Positions 46,004-55,490 of a stretch of DNA of 64,000 nucleotides are shown piece after piece. Source of the DNA: Longimicrobiales bacterium (lineage in GTDB: Bacteria; Gemmatimonadota; Gemmatimonadetes; Longimicrobiales; Gaopeijiaceae). Below the pieces are notes generated by a model. It ran no database searches. It was not told the origin of the DNA and saw nothing but the letters and a program-made list of their open reading frames with translations. The position numbers and the translations under genes are program-made. Positions within the stretch are counted from its first letter, which is position 1, and each line of letters opens with the position of its first letter. Where the stretch lies: positions 3,680,001-3,744,000 of the forward strand of contig OZ220732.1 of assembly GCA_965116905.1 (NCBI GenBank). The letters run 5' to 3'.

Positions 46004-49000
46004 ATGAGTCAGGACGAAGGCCTGGGCCCGCAGGAACCGGGAGGCCCGATCGCCTACATGGCGCGGAACGGCGTCGCGGCAAACCTCCTGATGTTCTTCA
46101 TCCTGCTGGCCGGATTCTTCGCCCTGACGACTCTGGTGCAGGAGGTCTTTCCCGAGATCTCGATGGACCGGGTCAACATCTCGGTCCCCTACCCCGGCGC
46201 CACTCCGGACGAGGTCGAGGAATCGATCATCCTCAAGATCGAGGAGCAGATCGAGGGGGTCGAGGGCCTCAAGCAGATCCGTTCCACGGCGGCCGAGGGC
46301 CGCGGGTCGGTCGTGGCCGAACTGGAGCTGGGCGAGGATCTGAACCGCTTCCTCGACGACATCAAGGCGCAGATCGACAGGATCCAGACCTTCCCGGCCG
46401 GCGCCGAGCGCCCCGAGGTCACGGAGGTGACCAACCGGCAGAGCGTGATCCGCCTCGTCGTCTTCGGGGACGTGGCCGAGCGCACCCTGAAGGAGATCGC
46501 CTACCGTACCGAGGACATGCTCTCGGCGCTGCCCGAAGTCTCCTATGTCGAGACCACCGGAGTGCGCGAATACGAGATCTCGATCGAAGTCCCGCTGCAG
46601 CGGCTGCGCGCGCTGGGCCTCACCCTCCGCGACATCTCGATGGCCGTCCGGGGCGGCTCGCTGGACCTCTCGGCGGGAAGCATCGACACGCGCGACGAAG
46701 AAGTGCGGATCCGCACCACGGGGCAGAACTACACACAGCAGGACTTCGAGGAGATCATCGTCGTCAGCCGGGCCAACGGCACCGTGGTGCGGCTGGGCGA
46801 CATCGCCGAGGTGCGCGACGCTTTCCGCGACGTGGACCTCGTCGGCCGCTACGGGGGACAGCCCGCGGCATATGTCGAGGTCTTCCGAACCGCCGACGAG
46901 AAGGCCCTCGAGATCGTGGACGCCGTGGAGCGGCACCTCGAGGAGGAGGTGATCCCCGCGCTCCCGGCGGGCGTCGGGCTCGAGATCTGGAACAACGACG
47001 CCGACATCCTCCAGTCCCGCCTGGGACTGCTCGTTAAGAACGGCCTGCTCGGGCTGACCCTCGTCCTGCTCGCGCTGGCGATCTTCCTCGAGATCAGACT
47101 GGCCTTCTGGGTGGCGGTGGGAATCGCCGTCTCGTTCGTGGGCACCTTCGGCGTCATGGCCCTTCTGGGCGTGTCCATCAACCTGATGTCGCTCTTCGCC
47201 TTCATCCTCGCCGTGGGAATCGTTGTGGACGACGCCATCGTGGTGGGCGAGAACATCTACGCGGCACGGGAGCGGGGCCACAGGGGCGTCGTCGCATCGA
47301 TCCGCGGCGCGCGCAGGGTCACCAAGCCGGTGATCTTCGCGATCCTGACCACCGTGGTGGCCTTCTGTCCGCTCTTTTTCATCCCCAGCTCGATCGGAAG
47401 GATCGTCGGCGAGATCCCGATCATCGTCATCTCGGTACTCGTCTTCTCCCTGATCGAGTCCCTTCTGGTTCTTCCGAACCATCTCTCGCACCTGCCCGAC
47501 AGGGCCGGATCCGTCGCCAGCCGGAACCCCAACCCGGTCTCGCGCATGCGGTCGAGCGTCGAAGCGGGGCTCAAGCGGTTCATCGACGGTCCGCTCGACC
47601 GGAGCCTGCGGTTTGCGACCGGCCGGCCCGGAACCGTGATCGCCAGCGGCATCGGAATGATCGTCATCTCCGTGGCGATGATTCCGGCGGGGATCATCAA
47701 GGTCGACTTCATGCCATCGGTGGAGGCGGACCTGGTGACGGCGAGCCTGGAGATGCCGGAAGGCACGCCCGTCGAGCGCACGTCGGACGTGGCCGGGAGG
47801 CTGGAATCGGCGGGATACGAAGCGCTCGAGCGGCTGGCAGCGGATGGCGGCGAGGCCGCCGGCGGTGTCCTGACGGGTGTCAATGTCACAATCGGACGGC
47901 CGGCCAGACAGAGCGGCCCCGTCGGCGCGGCGGACGCTCAGGCCAATCCGCAGGCAAACATCGCGGCCGTCGAATTCAAGCTCGTGAGCCCCGAGGACCG
48001 GGACATTTCCGCGGCCGACCTTCAACAGCAGTGGCGGGAAGCCGTCGGCCCGCTCCCGGAGGCCAAGTCGCTGACCATCACCTCCGAACTGATCTCCTTC
48101 GGCGCCCCCGTACACGTCGAACTCTCGCACCCGGACCCGGACCGCCTCGGCACGATCGGGGACACCGTCAAGGCCCGCCTCCAGGGATACGCCGGCGTGT
48201 TCGACGTCCAGGCGGATCAGGACCAGGGGCTGCGGGAGATCCAGCTCGACCTGCTGCCCGAAGCGCGAACGCTGGGGCTCACGCTCGACAACCTCGCCAG
48301 GCAGGTCCGCTCGGCGTTCTTCGGTGACGAGGCCCTGCGCGTGCAGCGCGGCCGCGAGGACATGCGCGTCTACGTCCGGCTGCCCGAGGAGGAGCGGAAC
48401 GCCATCGCGGACGTGGAGGGCTACCTGGTGCGCACCCCGGGAGGCGGAGAGGTCCCCCTGGCCCGGGTGGCTTCCGTGCAATTCGGCCGCTCACCCACCA
48501 CCATCCGCCGCAAGGACGGTCACAGGGTCCTCACCGTCACCGCCGACGTCAACATCAACGTCGTCACCGGCGACGAAATGACCAGCATCCTGGACCGCTC
48601 GATCCTCCCGGAACTCGTCAGCCGCAACCCGGGACTGACCTATTCGTTCGGCGGCGAGCAGCAGGAACAGGTGGAGTCGTTCAGCGCGCTCGGCGGCGGC
48701 TTCGCCCTGGCCCTGCTCGCGATCTACGCGCTTCTGGCGATTCCGTTCGGCTCCTACACCAAGCCGCTGATCATCATGGCGGCGATCCCCTTCGGGATCA
48801 TCGGGGCGGTGCTGGGCCATGCGATTCTCGGCCTGCAGATGGCGATCATGTCCCTTTTCGGGGTCATCGGCCTGAGCGGCGTCGTCGTGAACGATTCGCT
48901 GGTCATGATCGACTTCATCAACGAGCGGCTGCGCCAGGGCATGCCCGGCCGTGAAGCGATCATCGCCGGCGCGAAGGCGCGCTTCCGTCCGATCTTCCTG

Positions 49001-49180
49001 ACCTCGGTGACGACCTTCCTCGGCGTCGCCCCCCTCGTTTTCGAGACGAGCCTCCAGGCCCAGTTCCTGATCCCGATGGCGGCTTCGCTGGGCTTCGGCA
49101 TCCTGTTCGCGACGGTAGTGCTGATGATGATCGTGCCGGCACTCGCGATGGTGCAGCATCGGGTAATAGGCGGCCGCTAG
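46004..49180 (+). CDS. RND efflux permease (AcrB/D/F family)
   Basis: GIVVDDAIVVGENI, GVVVNDSLV and RFRPIFLTSVTT motifs. Confidence 0.95.
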   Translation: MSQDEGLGPQEPGGPIAYMARNGVAANLLMFFILLAGFFALTTLVQEVFPEISMDRVNISVPYPGATPDEVEESIILKIEEQIEGVEGLKQIRSTAAEGRGSVVAELELGEDLNRFLDDIKAQIDRIQTFPAGAERPEVTEVTNRQSVIRLVVFGDVAERTLKEIAYRTEDMLSALPEVSYVETTGVREYEISIEVPLQRLRALGLTLRDISMAVRGGSLDLSAGSIDTRDEEVRIRTTGQNYTQQDFEEIIVVSRANGTVVRLGDIAEVRDAFRDVDLVGRYGGQPAAYVEVFRTADEKALEIVDAVERHLEEEVIPALPAGVGLEIWNNDADILQSRLGLLVKNGLLGLTLVLLALAIFLEIRLAFWVAVGIAVSFVGTFGVMALLGVSINLMSLFAFILAVGIVVDDAIVVGENIYAARERGHRGVVASIRGARRVTKPVIFAILTTVVAFCPLFFIPSSIGRIVGEIPIIVISVLVFSLIESLLVLPNHLSHLPDRAGSVASRNPNPVSRMRSSVEAGLKRFIDGPLDRSLRFATGRPGTVIASGIGMIVISVAMIPAGIIKVDFMPSVEADLVTASLEMPEGTPVERTSDVAGRLESAGYEALERLAADGGEAAGGVLTGVNVTIGRPARQSGPVGAADAQANPQANIAAVEFKLVSPEDRDISAADLQQQWREAVGPLPEAKSLTITSELISFGAPVHVELSHPDPDRLGTIGDTVKARLQGYAGVFDVQADQDQGLREIQLDLLPEARTLGLTLDNLARQVRSAFFGDEALRVQRGREDMRVYVRLPEEERNAIADVEGYLVRTPGGGEVPLARVASVQFGRSPTTIRRKDGHRVLTVTADVNINVVTGDEMTSILDRSILPELVSRNPGLTYSFGGEQQEQVESFSALGGGFALALLAIYALLAIPFGSYTKPLIIMAAIPFGIIGAVLGHAILGLQMAIMSLFGVIGLSGVVVNDSLVMIDFINERLRQGMPGREAIIAGAKARFRPIFLTSVTTFLGVAPLVFETSLQAQFLIPMAASLGFGILFATVVLMMIVPALAMVQHRVIGGR

Positions 49181-49216
49181 CCGCGGGCTGCCCGCTAGCA
49201 GTCCGGGCCGTTGCCG

Positions 49217-50158
49217 CTACCGTTCCCGGTCGCGCGGATCCGGGCCCATTTCGACGGGCAGATCGTGACGGTCGCCCCAGTCGCGCCAGCTGCCGTCGTA
49301 GAAGCGGATGTCCAGCCCCATCATGCGCGCCGCCATGTAGTCCACGCTGGCTCTCATTCCGATCATGCAGTACGCGACGTGCGTCTTCCCCTCGCCCGCG
49401 CCGTGGCGCTCCAGGATGCGTTCGATCTCGGCGCGGGGCCGGAACCGGGTGTTGTTGTCCGGGTCCATCAACTCTTCCCAGTAGAGCTGCGCCGCGCCGG
49501 GAATGTGCCCGGGCCGGCCTCCGTTGCCGAGGCCTCCGTCGTCTCCGGTGTACTCGTCGTCGGGTCGGGCGTCCAGCAGGACCAGGGACTCGTCCGCGAG
49601 TCGCGCCTGAATCCAGTCCGCCGAAACGCGGAAGTCGACCCGGTCCACGGGCTCGACATCTCCGGGAGCGACCTGCGGTGGCGGTCCGCCCGCAACCTCG
49701 CCGCCCGCCGCCTTCCAGGCCTCGAGTCCCCCGTTGAGCACGAAAGAGCGGTCCCCCAGGCCCAGCAGGTCGAAGGTGACCCAGGTCCGGGCGGTCATCG
49801 TCATGCTGGTGCCGTAGATGACGACCTTCGAGTCGCGGCGCACGCCCGCCGCGCGCAGGGCGGCCGCGATCTCGTCCATGCCCCGGAACTCGGCAATCCA
49901 GCCCTCGTCCCCCTCCCATGCGATCTCGTCGAACCGCAACGGACGGGCGCCGGGGATGTGCTCGGCCGCGAAGGCACCGGCCCGACGCTCGGCCTCGATC
50001 ACGATGACGTCTTCGTCGCCGATGTGGCGCTGCAGCCAGTCGACCTCCACGAGCGGGTCCACGGCCATCGTCTGCGCCGGAGCCGGGACGGGAAGGGCGA
50101 AGAGCGCCGTGACGGCGACAGCGCACACAACGGGTGCAAGGACAAACGGCTTCTTCAT
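49217..50158 (-). CDS. Secreted tandem-domain rhodanese / sulfurtransferase
   Basis: Signal peptide; HIPGA x2, LNGGLEAW, active-site YCMIGMRAS and YDGSW. Confidence 0.9.
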   Translation of the reverse strand: MKKPFVLAPVVCAVAVTALFALPVPAPAQTMAVDPLVEVDWLQRHIGDEDVIVIEAERRAGAFAAEHIPGARPLRFDEIAWEGDEGWIAEFRGMDEIAAALRAAGVRRDSKVVIYGTSMTMTARTWVTFDLLGLGDRSFVLNGGLEAWKAAGGEVAGGPPPQVAPGDVEPVDRVDFRVSADWIQARLADESLVLLDARPDDEYTGDDGGLGNGGRPGHIPGAAQLYWEELMDPDNNTRFRPRAEIERILERHGAGEGKTHVAYCMIGMRASVDYMAARMMGLDIRFYDGSWRDWGDRHDLPVEMGPDPRDRER

Positions 50159-50174
50159 CTGGACAGGTCCCCGG

Positions 50175-52331
50175 TCAGAAGCGGGAGGTAAGGGTGATAC
50201 GGAAGCTACGGGTCGCGCCCGGATTCCGTTCCTGGACGTCGACATACTCGGCTTGCAGCAGGTTGGCGATCTTGGCCTGCACGTCCATGTCCCTGACCTC
50301 CATCCCGAACCTCAGGTCCACAAGCGTGATCGCTCCACGCTCGTCGAGCGGAAACGCGAGCACCTGCTCGGGCCGGCTGCGATAGCGCAGGTCCAGCGCC
50401 ACCAGATCCGTCCAGCCGGACACGGTCGTCGTGATGTTGTGTCGGGAGCGGTACGCGAGCCGGTAATCCGTGTTGAGGTCCCTGCTGTCGAGAAGGAGGT
50501 AGTTCGTTTCGATATTGAGCTTGCGAGGCACAAGCCCGATCCTCACGCCGGCATCCAGGCCCCTCACCCTCGCCTCGGCCACGTTCCGGAACTGAAACGT
50601 CAGGAATTGGCCAGGAGCGCCCGACACCTCGATCAGGCCCTCGTATTCGCTCCAGAAGAGGCCCGCGTCGAACCACAGCCAATCGCGGGGGCTGGCGGTC
50701 ACGCCGACCTCGCCGGCCCAGGCGGACTCTCCGCGCAATTCCAGGTTGGGAACGACACGAAAGCCGAACACGACCGTGGACGTGAACTGCTCGGAAACCG
50801 AGGGGGCACGATAGCCCCGGCTGAGCGATGTCCGGAAGCTCAGGCGGTCGCTCCGCTGGAGGACGATCCCGATCTTCGGATTGAGCGTCAGGTCCGACTC
50901 CACAAACGAGGCTGCGTGCCGGTCCAGCCGCAGACCGACGGAACCGCGCAGGGTCTCGGAGAACGTGATGTCGTCCTGGGCAAACAGCGCCAGGTCGGTG
51001 ACGTTCGGCGTCGGATCCAGGAAGTTGGAAGCCACGCCGGTGTAGGCCGCCTCGCCACCGAAGGTGAAGGCGTTGCGTCCGGCCCCGAACAGCGAGAACT
51101 GGACATCCGTTCCGTACCGCGTCGAGCGGTGGTAGTCCTCGTTGTCGTGAAAGTGGTTCTGCACCCGGACGTGCTGGATCTGCGGCCGTACCTGAAGCTT
51201 GATCCGAGAGTTGACCAACGGCGTACCCGTCAGGCCAACCACGAGGTCGGAGTTGCGAATCCAGTCGCCCAGCTGGCTGGGATCGACCTCCAGCCGCCGA
51301 TCCGCGGAACGCCAGGTGAAGAACTCCTGCGCGTCCTCCCGTTTCCAGGTCGCGAAGACCGCCCAGGGGGTCAGGGACTCCGCCCCGAATACCGTCTTGG
51401 CCCGCAGGTGCCAGCGGTCCACGTTGCCGTTCTGGCGGAATCCGTCGGATCTTTCGCGCCCGCCGAAGAGCGTCAGGTCGGTTGTGCCGATCCGGCGTGC
51501 GTGCTGCAGCTGGAGCCCCTGCATGTTCAGGCGCTCGTCCGTGAAGTGCACGTCCCCGGGAGTGTCGAAGACCCCGTAGTACCCGCGGACCACGGACTCG
51601 GCTTCGACCACCAGCGGCCGCGTGATCACGTTGACGACCCCACCCATGGCATTGGTCCCCCACAGGGTGGAGTGCGGACCCTTCACAATCTCGATCCGTT
51701 CCACGTCCAGGATCGGCAGGACGCCGAAGTCGATCGCCGAACTCACGCCGCCGAGCATCCGGTGTCCGTCGAGCAGCATGAGCACGCGGCTTCCCACCCC
51801 TCGGGCGATGCCGGTCGAACCCCGAATGTCCATCTGACCCGCGTTGAACGTCACCCCCTGCGCGAATGGAAGCGCCTCGTCGAGGGACGTCACGTCGCGC
51901 CGCTGCAGTTCCTCGCCTCCGATCACCGCCACGCTCGTGGGAGCATCGCCGGGCCGGGCGGCGCCTCGGCTGGCCGTGACCGTAAGCTCCGGCACCTCGA
52001 ACAATCGTCGGCTCAGGGAAATCCTGACCGGGTCATCGCCTGCAGCCTGCGGGACCAGGGAATGCTCGACGGTGCCGTAGCCGTCCGCCGCTACCACCAG
52101 CGTATGCGGGCCCGGGCCGGGCAGGACCAGTGAGAAGCTCCCATCGCCGCCGCTGAACGTGCGGAGCGGCGTGCCGGCGACCAGCACTTCCGCCTGCGCG
52201 ACGGCGGCACCCGATTCCGCGTCCACGACGACGCCGCGAAGGGGGGCACTCTCCTGGGCGGCCAGGGAACCGGCGGCGGCAAGCGCGGCGAGTCCGGCAA
52301 GTGAACCGCAAACCCGCACTCGAGCACGCAC
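50175..52331 (-). CDS. TonB-dependent receptor with N-terminal carboxypeptidase-regulatory-like domain
   Basis: VTASR, IERIEIVKGPHSTLWG-type plug motif (VERIEIVKGP), GGVVNVIT, C-terminal Phe; GTG start inferred. Confidence 0.9.
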   Translation of the reverse strand: MRARVRVCGSLAGLAALAAAGSLAAQESAPLRGVVVDAESGAAVAQAEVLVAGTPLRTFSGGDGSFSLVLPGPGPHTLVVAADGYGTVEHSLVPQAAGDDPVRISLSRRLFEVPELTVTASRGAARPGDAPTSVAVIGGEELQRRDVTSLDEALPFAQGVTFNAGQMDIRGSTGIARGVGSRVLMLLDGHRMLGGVSSAIDFGVLPILDVERIEIVKGPHSTLWGTNAMGGVVNVITRPLVVEAESVVRGYYGVFDTPGDVHFTDERLNMQGLQLQHARRIGTTDLTLFGGRERSDGFRQNGNVDRWHLRAKTVFGAESLTPWAVFATWKREDAQEFFTWRSADRRLEVDPSQLGDWIRNSDLVVGLTGTPLVNSRIKLQVRPQIQHVRVQNHFHDNEDYHRSTRYGTDVQFSLFGAGRNAFTFGGEAAYTGVASNFLDPTPNVTDLALFAQDDITFSETLRGSVGLRLDRHAASFVESDLTLNPKIGIVLQRSDRLSFRTSLSRGYRAPSVSEQFTSTVVFGFRVVPNLELRGESAWAGEVGVTASPRDWLWFDAGLFWSEYEGLIEVSGAPGQFLTFQFRNVAEARVRGLDAGVRIGLVPRKLNIETNYLLLDSRDLNTDYRLAYRSRHNITTTVSGWTDLVALDLRYRSRPEQVLAFPLDERGAITLVDLRFGMEVRDMDVQAKIANLLQAEYVDVQERNPGATRSFRITLTSRF

Positions 52332-52333
52332 GG

Positions 52334-52807
52334 CTATTGACGGCGCCAGACCGTGGTGGAGGCCGACAAAGGGGGTTGCTCCACCACAACCGTCAGAACG
52401 GAGTTGTCGAAGGTGTACGTCCCCGTCTGCTGCGGGCTCAGCTGGACCAGCGGCCCGGTCAGAAACTCCTGCTCCCACGTGCCGTCGAGTCGATTGGTGT
52501 AGGTGCCGGTACCAGCCAATCGGGCGATGTTGCCCATGACGGGCAGCGTCAGATCACTGGTGAACGTGCCGGTCGCTTCGCCGCCGACCGCGGACTCTTG
52601 CTGCACGGTGAAACTGCCCGATACCTCCGGGGGCACCAGGGTCGTTTCGGGGTCCAGCGCGGAAGTGAAGGATTGCAGGGTGTACGTTCCCGTGAGATCG
52701 GGCGGCATCGGGTCCGGGACCACGACCACTTCGTCGCCGCAGCCCGGCACGAAGGAGACTACAGCCATCAGCGCTACAACGAGCAATCTGGATCGGGCAC
52801 GAAGCAC
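52334..52807 (-). CDS. Lipocalin-like lipoprotein
   Basis: GGGGAGG RBS; VPGC lipobox; LTGTYTL and GTYT motifs. Confidence 0.55.
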   Translation of the reverse strand: MLRARSRLLVVALMAVVSFVPGCGDEVVVVPDPMPPDLTGTYTLQSFTSALDPETTLVPPEVSGSFTVQQESAVGGEATGTFTSDLTLPVMGNIARLAGTGTYTNRLDGTWEQEFLTGPLVQLSPQQTGTYTFDNSVLTVVVEQPPLSASTTVWRRQ

Positions 52808-52962
52808 GGCCGCCTCCCCTTTGGATACTCGACGCTTACGTTTCAACGTACATACCGGCCTTGGCGGCAACCAGTTCCCGGCAAGGCAACCGAAACCCGA
52901 CAAGACAACCGGATCCCGACGATCCCCTCCACGCAGCGGCCGACGAGCGCCGCAATCCGGCC

Positions 52963-53496
52963 ATGGACGACAAGCGAATCCTGCTGATCACGGGCGACAG
53001 GCCGAAGGGCCCGCGCGAGCTCTTCAACCGACTGGATGCCCTGGGGGTCCCACACGCCACGATGTCGCACGACCCGGTCTTCACCGTCGAGGAGGCCCAG
53101 CGCCTCCGGGGGCGCATCGAGGGGGCACATTCCAAGAACCTCTTCGTGCGCGACAAGAAGGAGCGGCATTGGCTGGTGTCCTGTCTCGCCGACCGAAAAC
53201 TCGACCTGAAGTGGCTGGCCGGGGAGCTCGGCACGAAGCGGCTCACCTTCTGCAGCCCGCGGCGCCTCGGCGGCTACCTCGGGATCCGGCGCGGCAGCGT
53301 GTCTCCCTTCGCGATCATCAACGACGCCACCGGCATCGTGCGGGTGGCGCTCGACGCGGATCTGCTGGCCGCGGAGCCACTCAACTTCCACCCCCTGGAC
53401 AATGCGAAGACCACGACGCTGTCCACGGCAGGCCTGCTGCACTTTCTGGAGGCCGAGGGCCACCGCCCCCACATCATCCGCTTCCCGGCCGGATAG
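52963..53496 (+). CDS. YbaK/ProX-family aminoacyl-tRNA editing (prolyl-tRNA synthetase-associated) protein
   Basis: HDPVFTVEE, KNLFVRDKK, GSVSPF and FHPLDN motifs. Confidence 0.9.
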   Translation: MDDKRILLITGDRPKGPRELFNRLDALGVPHATMSHDPVFTVEEAQRLRGRIEGAHSKNLFVRDKKERHWLVSCLADRKLDLKWLAGELGTKRLTFCSPRRLGGYLGIRRGSVSPFAIINDATGIVRVALDADLLAAEPLNFHPLDNAKTTTLSTAGLLHFLEAEGHRPHIIRFPAG

Positions 53497-53519
53497 CCGC
53501 GCTACAGCGGAGGACGCTC

Positions 53520-53567
53520 GGCGGGCCCGTTCGGCGGGCCCGTTCGGGGGGTTCGGCGGGCCCGTTC
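53520..53567. repeat. GGCGGGCCCGTTC x3 between convergent genes
   Basis: Directly visible in the sequence. Confidence 0.8.
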
Positions 53568-53569
53568 CG

Positions 53570-54691
53570 TCAGCGGAATGCGGGCAGCACGTGCTGGACC
53601 ACGATATCCATCGTCATCCGTTCGTAGTCCCCCGCGGCTTCACCCATGCGCCGCCAGTTGTTGGTGGTGACGACCACCAGGTTCAGGTCCGGCACGACCA
53701 CGATGTACTGCCCGCCGTGACCCCACGCGAAATACATGGGTTCGGGCGCGTCGGGGGCGACCCACCAGAGGAATCCGTACGAGATTCCCCTCAGGGAACC
53801 GGAGTCCAGGCGCCAGTCGAACCGGCCCATCGTGGACCGTTCGACCCAGTCGGCAGGAATAATCCGGCGTCCTCCGCTCGATCCCCGCTGCAGGTAGAGC
53901 TGCCCGAACCTCGCCAGGTCTCGCGGCCGGAGATCGAGTCCCGCACCCCCGTTGTGGAACCCGCCGCCCAGGCTCTCCCACCGGCTTCTTGAAATGCCCA
54001 TGGGCTCGAAGAGGACATGCTGGGCGAAGTTGGGAAGGTACATGGTGGTCGCCTGCTCGATCACGACGCCGAGCAGGTGCACGGCACCCGAGTTGTAGGT
54101 GAAGCGGGTACCGGGCGCCGACGTGAGCGGCTTCTCCAGCACGAAACCGAGGTAGTCGCCCGAACGAATCCACTCGGTGTACGACCCGAATCCCCCCGTC
54201 TCGTCCCATTCCAGACCGCTGGTCATCGTGAGGAGGTCCCCTACGGTGATCGCGCGCTTGTCCGGCTCGATCCAATCGGCCACACCGTCCAGGTAGTCAC
54301 CGATCGGATCATCCAGACCGCCGATATCCCCACGCTGGATCGCGATCCCGGTGAGCGCCGAGACGACGCTCTTGGTCACCGACCGGACATCGTGCAACTC
54401 CTGCTCGCCGCCGTCGCCGAAAAACTCCTCGACGACCAGCCGCCCATCCTTCACGACGAGGAGGCTGCGCATGCGGTCGTTGGCCCGGGCCAGCTCCACG
54501 GCGCGAGCCATCCGCTCCGGCGAGCCCCCGACATCGGCTACGGAGGCCTCGGTCCACGGCAGCGCCAGATCGATATCGAGGGGGCCCGAGGGTCCGGGGA
54601 CCAGGGGTCCTTCACTGCAGGCCGCCAGTACAAAGGCTGCGCCGGCCGCGGCCACCTGCTTCAATCCTGAACGTATTCCCTGCGGTTGCAC
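53570..54691 (-). CDS. Serine hydrolase, beta-lactamase/AmpC-like lipoprotein
   Basis: SVTK (SxxK), LLTMTSG, YNS and WGHGGQ motifs; LAAC lipobox. Confidence 0.9.
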   Translation of the reverse strand: MQPQGIRSGLKQVAAAGAAFVLAACSEGPLVPGPSGPLDIDLALPWTEASVADVGGSPERMARAVELARANDRMRSLLVVKDGRLVVEEFFGDGGEQELHDVRSVTKSVVSALTGIAIQRGDIGGLDDPIGDYLDGVADWIEPDKRAITVGDLLTMTSGLEWDETGGFGSYTEWIRSGDYLGFVLEKPLTSAPGTRFTYNSGAVHLLGVVIEQATTMYLPNFAQHVLFEPMGISRSRWESLGGGFHNGGAGLDLRPRDLARFGQLYLQRGSSGGRRIIPADWVERSTMGRFDWRLDSGSLRGISYGFLWWVAPDAPEPMYFAWGHGGQYIVVVPDLNLVVVTTNNWRRMGEAAGDYERMTMDIVVQHVLPAFR

Positions 54692-54884
54692 CCGTAACCC
54701 CGTCGCGAAGGGTAGTCGACGCGTTAACCCATTGAATCTGCACGAGAACCACCGCTGCGCGCCAGTCGACGCGCCGGCGGCCTCGCCGCGGCCTGGCCGC
54801 CAGGCCTAGCGCCCCGGGCTGCAATGGTCGATTCTTCGGAAACCGAATCTCGCCCCAACTCGTTTTGCTTGGAAGGATGATGTC

Positions 54885-55478
54885 ATGAAGCGTGGAATCC
54901 ACAGAGGATGGCTGGCGCTGGCCGCGCTGGGCGTGGTCGCCGAGTGGAGTTGTGCGTCCGCCCAGGTAGCCAATCCCGAAGAACAGCTCGCCCAGGCGCT
55001 TGCGGCCGCACCGGCGGATCTGGCCGAAGGAGCCGGAGTCCTCGGGTATGCCACCGACGGCTCCGTCGTGCAACTGCGCGAGGGGTCCAACGACTTCATC
55101 TGCCTGGCCTCCAACCCGGCCAATGAAGGGTTCTCCTCGTCCTGCTACCATGCTTCCCTGGAGCCCTACTTCGCCCGTGGCAGGGAACTCGACGCCGCCG
55201 GGGCCGGGCGCGAGGAGCGGTACCGCATTCGCTACGAGGAGATGGAGGCGGGCACGCTGCCAACGCCGGTCATGTCCGCCGCCCAGTACATCTTCGACGG
55301 GACGTGGAACAGCGAGACGCTGACCGCGGAGGGCAGGGTGCGGTGGGTCATCTACGTGCCCGGAGCGACCGAAGCGTCGATCGGGCTGTCGGCGGCGCCC
55401 GTGGAGGGCGGCCCCTACCTGATGTCCGCCGGCACCCCGGGCGCTCATATCATGATTGTTCCGCCTCGGGACGGGTAG
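54885..55478 (+). CDS. Conserved hypothetical secreted protein
   Basis: Signal peptide; LREGSNDFICL and PYLMSAGTPGAHIMI patterns; typical GC3 bias. Confidence 0.65.
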   Translation: MKRGIHRGWLALAALGVVAEWSCASAQVANPEEQLAQALAAAPADLAEGAGVLGYATDGSVVQLREGSNDFICLASNPANEGFSSSCYHASLEPYFARGRELDAAGAGREERYRIRYEEMEAGTLPTPVMSAAQYIFDGTWNSETLTAEGRVRWVIYVPGATEASIGLSAAPVEGGPYLMSAGTPGAHIMIVPPRDG

Positions 55479-55490
55479 TCGTCTGCCGGC

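Noticed and set aside
52808..52962. Cobalamin riboswitch upstream of the TonB receptor operon
   Set aside because: Only a GGGAA fragment is visible; no B12-box or conserved core found.
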